This document shows positions 57,570 to 64,000 of a stretch of DNA of 64,000 bases, piece by piece; the first letter of the stretch is position 1, and the number at the start of each line of letters is the position of its first letter. The translations under genes and the position numbers were made by a program. The DNA comes from an uncultured bacterium (GTDB lineage: Bacteria > Krumholzibacteriota > Krumholzibacteriia > LZORAL124-64-63), in the NCBI GenBank assembly GCA_963727525.1, contig CAVSGO010000008.1, forward strand, positions 203,585 through 267,584, in the 5' to 3' direction. Under the pieces are notes generated by a model. The model was not told the origin of the DNA, made no database searches, and worked only from the letters and a program-made list of their open reading frames with translations.

Positions 57570-57904
57570 CGTGGGCTCCCTTGCTGAGGTGCCCCAGGAT
57601 AGTAGACGGATGTCTGTTTTGCCAGGTATATTTTCGCTATTGGGGCGAAAATGTTCAACATGATCTATAAATCGCATTTTAGACGCAATGTCATTGGCGC
57701 CGGCACCACTGACCAGACAGCAGCAGGTCAATCGCGCGGGTCAGGTGAATAGGCACTTCACAGGGGCGACCGGAGCAAAGGCCGCGTAGACACTGGCCCA
57801 CGGCCTGCAGGCTGTTCTCTAATACCAGGCTCACGGTTACTTGCGATCCCCGCCATTGACATCACCACCCGCCTCCCGACGCCCAACGGCGACGGCAGGC
57901 GCCC

Positions 57905-59257
57905 ATGCCCCTTGCGACCGACCCCGCCACTTGCCCCGCCACTTGCCCCGCCATCTACCGCCCCCGCCAGCCCGCCGCGACAGTCATGCACCGCACCGTG
58001 CGCGAGTACCTGCGCTGCGGCATCCCGGCCCACGGCTTCGCCCGCGTGCGCTGCGCGTCGTGCAAACACGAGTACCTGGTGCCCTTCAGTTGCAAGGTCC
58101 GCGACCTGTGCCCGTCCTGCGGCACGCGCCGCATGGTGGAGACGGCCGCCCACCTCGTTGACGAGGTCCTGCCAAGGGTCCCGTACCGGCAGTGGGTGGT
58201 CTCGATGCCCAAGCGCGTGCGCTGGTTCCTCAAGCACAAGCCCGAGGTCGTCGACGGACTGGCGAAGATCTTCCTGCGGGCGGTGCAGGCAGCCGTGCGC
58301 CGGGCGAGCCCCGGTGCGCCACCGGACACCCAGTTCGGCGCCATCCTCTTCGTCCATCGCTTCGGCGACGCTCTCAACAGCCACGTGCACTTCCATGTGC
58401 TGGTGACCGACGGGGTGTTCAGCGCCGACGAGGACGACGCCGAAGCTGCGGTCTTCCATCCGGCCACTCATCTCGACGAGGCCGCCATCACGCGCGTCCG
58501 CGATCAGCTGCGTCACCGCGGCCTGCGCTGGCTCGTGAAACACGGCCACCTGGACGCCGCTGCCGCCAGCGAGATGCGCACCTGGCAACACGGCGGCGGC
58601 TGGTCCGTGCACGCCGAGGTCAGGCTTGCCGACTGGGACCGCCAGGGCCTGGAGCGACTGGTGCGTTACTGCGCGCGACCCGCCCTGGCCGCCGGCCGCC
58701 TGGGCCGCCTCAATGCCGACAACCTGGTGTACCGCCTGCGTCGACCGAGACCAGACGGCCGCACGGAGATCCTGCTGAGCCCGCTGGAGTTCCTCGAGCG
58801 CGTGATCGACTTGCTCGCCCCACCACGCAAGCACCGCCACCGGTATTGTGGGGTACTGGCTCCAGGAGCGAAGCTGCGCCGGGCGGTCACGCAGACCGCC
58901 GGTCCCGCCGGCACGGTGCTGCTCGCGCTCGAACGCGCCAGGGCTGCGATGGGCATGGCGGACGCGTCCGAGCCGCGCCCCAAGGCGTCGCGTAGCTGGG
59001 CGATGTTGCTGGCGCGCATCTACGACGCGCGGCCTTTGCAATGCCCACGATGCGGCAACGCGATGACGATCCTGTCCTTCATCCTGGACCCAGCGGTGAT
59101 CAAGCGGATCCTCGATCACCTCGATCTGGAGAGTGAGCCGCCGGTCACATTGCCGGCGCGCTCACCGCCGCAAGGGGAACTGGAGTTCGCGCAGGCGAGC
59201 GGACCGGTGATCTGGGACGAGGTGGACCAGACGGCGAGCCTGCCGGACGAGAGCTGA
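57905..59257 (+). CDS. IS91/ISCR-family rolling-circle (HUH) transposase
   Basis: Zn-binding YLRCG..HGFARVRC..C...PFSCK.R.LCPSC, RQWV.S.P, HVHFH (HUH), LERLVRYCARP, RYCGVLAP, C-terminal CPRCG. Confidence 0.92.
   Translation: MPLATDPATCPATCPAIYRPRQPAATVMHRTVREYLRCGIPAHGFARVRCASCKHEYLVPFSCKVRDLCPSCGTRRMVETAAHLVDEVLPRVPYRQWVVSMPKRVRWFLKHKPEVVDGLAKIFLRAVQAAVRRASPGAPPDTQFGAILFVHRFGDALNSHVHFHVLVTDGVFSADEDDAEAAVFHPATHLDEAAITRVRDQLRHRGLRWLVKHGHLDAAAASEMRTWQHGGGWSVHAEVRLADWDRQGLERLVRYCARPALAAGRLGRLNADNLVYRLRRPRPDGRTEILLSPLEFLERVIDLLAPPRKHRHRYCGVLAPGAKLRRAVTQTAGPAGTVLLALERARAAMGMADASEPRPKASRSWAMLLARIYDARPLQCPRCGNAMTILSFILDPAVIKRILDHLDLESEPPVTLPARSPPQGELEFAQASGPVIWDEVDQTASLPDES
57922..57953 (+). repeat. 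12-bp tandem repeat (CCCCGCCACTTG x~2.7) in the 5' end of the transposase gene
   Basis: Encodes PATCPATCPA. Confidence 0.7.
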
Positions 59258-59774
59258 GAACCCGGGACCTGAGACCGCACAGCAGCGAGGCCAGGCAGTC
59301 GGCCGGTGGGAGCAGTCTGCGCGGCAAGCACGAAATCACACGATCCGGCTCGCGGAACGACGCAACGAGCCGGTAGCGGTGGGGGTATCGTGAGGTTCAC
59401 GGGCGATTCTCGCGCGAGCACACAGCGAAAATGTGGTAGAATCGAGATGACACGGCGGCGTGTTGGTGGAAACCGCGGTTCGAAGAGGCCGTCAGTTTTT
59501 ACTATACCCCAATGCTGATGACATCCGCCAGCCTTTTGCTATCCTCATCCATGGGTGGTCCTCCTTCTCCGGTCTTCCAAGGGTTGTGGTTAACCGCTAG
59601 TAGACCAGATCGAGGGCCACCTCTCAACGAATGTGCGAAAGAAACTCTACGTCATCCGGTTGACCTCTATGGCACCGAGAGCATCGATGACGTCCAAGGG
59701 AACTACGACCGGATCATGGCGGACTAGGGCAGACCGTTTGCTCGACACGCAAGAGGTCACTGATCCAATGCTAT

Positions 59775-60944
59775 TTATCGGAACAGACTTTTGACTGCCC
59801 CCCATGTAGTAGCTTCCGTCTCGACTGGCTGGTCGGCGAAGGGGGCATAGCGGACGATAACGAAGTGTAGGTTGTCCATCGGGGAATGATCGTTATAGTC
59901 GTCGATCCAGGTCTCGATTTGCGCCGGATCATCTGTGCCCCAATAGTTACCTGTTAGATCCAAGTCATATGGCTGCTCCAGGCCACCCCGCAACCAAAGA
60001 GCAGCCACGGACAGACCGCCGCGACTTATGAGATGATTCCCATGAAAATCCATCGGCGAATATGCCACCTCGATCGCCGTATACGAGCCACCGAGAAATA
60101 CATTGTTTGTGGCCGTGGTGATCGTTCCATTGGTGCCAAAAAAACCCGCCCACAGGTCGCTTTCAAATACGTTGTCTAACAACAGCATTGTCGCGCCATC
60201 CATACACTCCACAGCTGGGCTATTGCCCTCTACCACCTGCACATGGCACCGTTCGACAATCCCTGTGGCTAGGCTCTCGAAGTGCATGCCCCCCGCATAA
60301 TCGTGAATTTCTGTGTCTCTAACTACCCACCCATTGCCTCCGACAGCGGATACAGCAAAATGAACTCCATTAAACAGCTCGCAATCTGTAATCGAAACAC
60401 CATTGGCATGTGCACCAAAAACGCCCCGGCTTTGCGCCCCGATAATGCGACATCTCTGTAGAATAGTGCTTGTCTCGCTCCATGTGCTGACTCCCATGTT
60501 GCAGTCGGAAAAATAACAGTCTCGCGCGTGAAGGTTTGGGCCTTCAAAGTGGATGCATTCATGAACGCCATTCACTGTCAAATCTTCGACCGTGAGATCA
60601 TTGTGATTGCACGAAATCCCAATAACGTAGTGTTCGAAGTGCGGATCAAAGTGGTCTAGTCCAATAATAGATACTTCTGCGCCAAGTCCGCGAATGGTTA
60701 GGTTCGGTGTCGTGACGTGTGCACAGCAGTACGCCTCCCACAAATAGTCCGTTTCTCGGCGATATTCCTCAAAGCGCCCCGCGCCTATCTGGATAGTGTC
60801 ACCAGCTACCGCTGCATCGAGCGCCTCGTAGATCACGGCAAAATCCCCGCTGCCATCTTTTTCTACGTGCCAGGTACGCGCAAAAGTTGGCGATGGCGAG
60901 GACAGCAGCGTTAAGATCACGAGAATGGTGCATTGCTTGGCCAT
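59775..60944 (-). CDS. Secreted right-handed parallel beta-helix protein with TWGAVKSLFR tail
   Basis: Signal peptide, DGSGDF..I..ALDAA..GDTI.IG.G, beta-helix repeats, GNYWG. Confidence 0.85.
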   Translation of the reverse strand: MAKQCTILVILTLLSSPSPTFARTWHVEKDGSGDFAVIYEALDAAVAGDTIQIGAGRFEEYRRETDYLWEAYCCAHVTTPNLTIRGLGAEVSIIGLDHFDPHFEHYVIGISCNHNDLTVEDLTVNGVHECIHFEGPNLHARDCYFSDCNMGVSTWSETSTILQRCRIIGAQSRGVFGAHANGVSITDCELFNGVHFAVSAVGGNGWVVRDTEIHDYAGGMHFESLATGIVERCHVQVVEGNSPAVECMDGATMLLLDNVFESDLWAGFFGTNGTITTATNNVFLGGSYTAIEVAYSPMDFHGNHLISRGGLSVAALWLRGGLEQPYDLDLTGNYWGTDDPAQIETWIDDYNDHSPMDNLHFVIVRYAPFADQPVETEATTWGAVKSLFR

Positions 60945-60955
60945 GATAGCCCCCG

Positions 60956-60989
60956 ACTGGAGCGGGGCGGTGTGCCCCGCTCCAGTTTT
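60956..60989. terminator. GC-rich 13-bp hairpin between co-oriented genes
   Basis: ACTGGAGCGGGGC-GGTGT-GCCCCGCTCCAGT, T-tract on the + strand side. Confidence 0.6.
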
Positions 60990-60998
60990 CTAGTTAAC

Positions 60999-61871
60999 CT
61001 ACTTCACCAGCACTAGGCGCTGGGTCTGACAGATTCGTCCAGCCGTGAACCGCGCTAGGTAGGTTCCGCTAGCAAGGCGCCGCCCTTGGTCATCGTTGCC
61101 TTGCCACACCACGCTGTGGTCTCCCGCCGCGCGCTGACCCTGGTCCAGATGCCGCACCAGACGACCGCTCAGATCGAAGATGCTCAAGTCTATGCTCTGG
61201 GCCTCTGGTAGCGAATATTCTAGCACAGTTTGCGGGTTGAAAGGGTTCGGATGTGCCGGGCCAAAGCTGGGATTTCTGACGATTTCTATCGCCGTTCCCG
61301 CGGGTCTCGATAGTTGCACCATGCCCGGCTGTGCCGGCACATACACCGGTTCTACGGCAAATCCGGTGCCACCGTCGAGTTTCGTCCATGTCTCCCCTTC
61401 GACGCACAGCCAGCTTGGTTGACTCGGGCCCTCTGTCGCATAACCAAAGGCGGCACCACCGCCGTAACCCGGGGATTCGTAACCGCCGCCATCCGGCAAG
61501 ACGAACAGACAGTAAAGTCCTTCACCCTCGCCCAAGCACGGTCCACCAAATGTCACTTGACTCCACTCAGAGGAGTCGCCTTCTACGTTTGTGGCGACGA
61601 CGGTCCCGTTTGCAAGACTTGCTACCGCGTCCGGCGTACCGCTGGCAACGAGTACCTGAGGAAAGACAGCGAGAACGTCGTTGTTATACCAGCGCAGCCC
61701 GGCTAAAGCCTGGCCCGCCGGCACCGGGACCCACACGGCCGCGTAGGCGCCTTCTGGTACCGGGTTCATGCCCACCACACCACTGATGGCGATTGGATCG
61801 GCCGTCGCTTGACCGACTAGTGCAAAAAGCGCGACGCAGATGACGAGCAGTTTTGTGTTTCTCATAACCAT
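60999..61871 (-). CDS. Secreted protein with FlgD-Ig / T9SS-like C-terminal domain
   Basis: Signal peptide; PNPFNPQT...IFDLSGRLVRHL...WQGNDDQGRRLASGTY...LVLVK. Confidence 0.88.
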   Translation of the reverse strand: MVMRNTKLLVICVALFALVGQATADPIAISGVVGMNPVPEGAYAAVWVPVPAGQALAGLRWYNNDVLAVFPQVLVASGTPDAVASLANGTVVATNVEGDSSEWSQVTFGGPCLGEGEGLYCLFVLPDGGGYESPGYGGGAAFGYATEGPSQPSWLCVEGETWTKLDGGTGFAVEPVYVPAQPGMVQLSRPAGTAIEIVRNPSFGPAHPNPFNPQTVLEYSLPEAQSIDLSIFDLSGRLVRHLDQGQRAAGDHSVVWQGNDDQGRRLASGTYLARFTAGRICQTQRLVLVK

Positions 61872-61878
61872 CCCTCCT

Positions 61879-63999
61879 TTACTGCTGGGCGCAGAACTGA
61901 ATTCTGAACGACTTCTGGCTGCTCGTGCTCGAAATGCCGGTTCGATGCGCGCTGGTGACGGTGTAGGGAATTGTACACGGGGAACTACAATTGACCGGAA
62001 TCGTCAGCGAGTGCTGGTACTTGCCGGTAGAAAGCCGTGCGATCGTTTGCTGTACTCCACCTGAGCCGGCGGTGTACTCCACCGCCCCGCCGCAAGACGA
62101 AGACAACACGTTGACCTTATCGAGGGACCAGTCGCTGCGATATTCGGTCTCCCACGTGAAGATCCAATACGTCTGCTGCAGATTCGGATCATACGAAGAA
62201 CTGAACGCAACTGACGTGTTGACGACCGTTGGGTTGGTGTTGTCCTCGATAATCTGCGGATCTTCGCCTACGTCGTCAACGGCCACGTAGGCCGTCTGAA
62301 CCCAACCGTTGGGCCAATGAATCTCCACGGGATAGGTGCCGGACGCACCCGGAACCGCAAACGTGAGCGCTAGGTCGTCCTGGCCGCCACGGCCACTGCC
62401 GCCATCGACAACCTGGCACTGCAGAACGTTGTCAATCTCAACCAGTACCACGGCGCCAATCCCGGCACGGTTGTTCACGCCTTGCGGCGAGGACAGCCGT
62501 AGGCAGATGAAGTCTGTGCCAAGATCGTCGTCGCTTTGATCGTCCTCAGCTCGGTAAAAGACTTTTCCTGTGCTCACGGGACGGCCGAGATAGACGTCCT
62601 TATCCCCATCGCGGTTCCAGTCCAGTACCGTCAGACCGCCGGCAGAAAAGCCATCATCGAGCCCTACATGGTGGGTCTCATCGTTGAGTGCAAGCCCGCT
62701 CTCGGTCTGAAGATTGTGGAAGAACCGTGAAGACTGCCCACTGTCTTTCGTCGTCAGCAAGATGTCCGGACGCATATCGAGATCGTGATCCCAGACTTTA
62801 AGGCCTGTCGCACCGCCGAAATTCGGGACGGTAACCGGCGACTCGGACGTGAAATACCCCGATCCATTGTTGAAGTAGACCGTGGCGCCAGTCTGCCAAG
62901 CCCCCTGATCGTCCGAATTTTGCCCAACAACGAGGTCAAAGTCGCCATCGTTGTCCATGTCTGCAAAAGTAGCCGCTGTCTGGAACAGAAGAGATCCGGT
63001 TGGTAGACGGCTTGACGACTGCTCAAGGAACGTGCCGTCGGTTTGCTGCACAAAGAGGCGCCCATGAGCCCCCACCGTCTGCCACGAATCGGCGATGTAG
63101 AGATCAGCGCGGCCATCGCCATTGATGTCACCCCAGCAACCCGCTAGGGCGGCTGCAGCGTTAGCACCACTGGTCGTCATGCCCGCGGCTGACGTCACGT
63201 CTTCGAAGACTCCGGAGCCGAGAACCGGGTCGAGATCGTTCCTCATGAGCAGACTTTCCTCGGCTCCGATTTCGTCGGGGTCTACCTCCGGCTCGCCGCC
63301 GCGGATTAGCATGAGGTCGACCCATCCGTCCCGGTCGTAGTCGGCCCAGGCGCCAGCCCAGCTATTGGTTGCCGCTTCATCGAGGCCGAGCGTCTCGGTG
63401 ACGTCGGTAAAACTAGCATCCCCATCGTTGCCGTACAGGTGGGGCGTTTCCGAAGTGCCCGATGCACAGAAGAGGTCGAGGTCACCGTCATTGTCCATAT
63501 CGGCAACCGATACCCCTCCCAAACCAACTAATGGTCTGTTAACCGCAAACGCTTCGGTTGTAACACGATCAAATTCTGGGATGTTGTTCTCGCTTAGGCC
63601 CGTTGCTTCATACAGCGCCGAATACACGGCGCTGTCGGCGATCGTTATCATCAGGTCCTCGAGATTGCGCTGCGCCTGCGGATCGTAGTTGTAGTCGAAG
63701 CCCACGCTACTGCGCGGTACCCCGGTGTAATCGAGGCCGGTGTCGCCGGAGTAGTTGGCGAAGCGAACAGCCGAATCAACGAGCACCGCCTGGAGAATAG
63801 GTATATTCTCAAGGCTGGCGAACACCCGAGCCAGTTGCTCGTCGGTGAAGTTGTCAAAGCAATGGATGGGCGCGTAGACCATGTAGTTGTGCGGGTCGGG
63901 GTCGTAGTCTGGGTAGACCAGATGGAACAGTGACGTCAGCGTGCAGGTATCCGGATCTGTCAACGGTTTGTAGATGCCACCTGTAGGACAGGCCGCAGT
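61879..63999 (-). CDS. FG-GAP repeat / ASPIC-UnbV (CRTAC1-like) protein, 5' end outside the window
   Basis: Repeated DMDNDGDLDL, DYDRDGWVDL, DINGDGRADL; NRAGIGAVV...VDGGSG..GQ. Confidence 0.88.
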   Translation of the reverse strand, partial: TAACPTGGIYKPLTDPDTCTLTSLFHLVYPDYDPDPHNYMVYAPIHCFDNFTDEQLARVFASLENIPILQAVLVDSAVRFANYSGDTGLDYTGVPRSSVGFDYNYDPQAQRNLEDLMITIADSAVYSALYEATGLSENNIPEFDRVTTEAFAVNRPLVGLGGVSVADMDNDGDLDLFCASGTSETPHLYGNDGDASFTDVTETLGLDEAATNSWAGAWADYDRDGWVDLMLIRGGEPEVDPDEIGAEESLLMRNDLDPVLGSGVFEDVTSAAGMTTSGANAAAALAGCWGDINGDGRADLYIADSWQTVGAHGRLFVQQTDGTFLEQSSSRLPTGSLLFQTAATFADMDNDGDFDLVVGQNSDDQGAWQTGATVYFNNGSGYFTSESPVTVPNFGGATGLKVWDHDLDMRPDILLTTKDSGQSSRFFHNLQTESGLALNDETHHVGLDDGFSAGGLTVLDWNRDGDKDVYLGRPVSTGKVFYRAEDDQSDDDLGTDFICLRLSSPQGVNNRAGIGAVVLVEIDNVLQCQVVDGGSGRGGQDDLALTFAVPGASGTYPVEIHWPNGWVQTAYVAVDDVGEDPQIIEDNTNPTVVNTSVAFSSSYDPNLQQTYWIFTWETEYRSDWSLDKVNVLSSSCGGAVEYTAGSGGVQQTIARLSTGKYQHSLTIPVNCSSPCTIPYTVTSAHRTGISSTSSQKSFRIQFCAQQ

Positions 64000-64000
64000 A

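Larger units (their letters stand above)
57860..59509 (+). mobile_element. ISCR-like element; oriIS end at ~59509, left (terIS) end not defined
   Basis: GCCGTCAGTTTTTACTATACCC ~250 bp after the tnp stop resembles the ISCR oriIS ...TTCCTATACCC; GC drops beyond it. Confidence 0.7.

Noticed and set aside
59512-59727. 71-aa ORF after the oriIS
   Set aside because: No RBS or recognisable domain; likely spurious or a fragment

Overview
GC-rich (roughly 65-70% by eye) bacterial chromosomal segment. Secreted proteins ending in a 'TWxx(L/V)Kx(L/I)(F/Y)' tail, plus an FlgD/T9SS-like C-terminal domain, suggest an FCB-group lineage such as Krumholzibacteriota/Latescibacterota (inference). Most of the window is housekeeping or envelope genes: glnA-like, ispH, glnS, pckA, aspartate aminotransferase, RND efflux operon, YhaO/YhaN-like nuclease-ATPase pair, rubrerythrin cluster and transporters. 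Features the ORF track misses: (1) two genes read through an in-frame UGA with SECIS-like hairpins (selD and a HesB-like selenoprotein, the latter behind a consensus sigma54 promoter); (2) a candidate sRNA with an anti-Shine-Dalgarno C-rich loop downstream of glnA; (3) an IS1-like element with 18-bp TIRs and an apparent 3-bp TSD; (4) a ~178-nt rod-like palindrome inside a patch of gene fragments; (5) an orphan dnaE2 whose last codons are duplicated 2.5 kb downstream, bracketing a TPR-lipoprotein gene. This dnaE2 lies directly upstream of an ISCR/IS91-type rolling-circle transposase whose oriIS-like end marks the start of a lower-GC block of secreted-protein genes.
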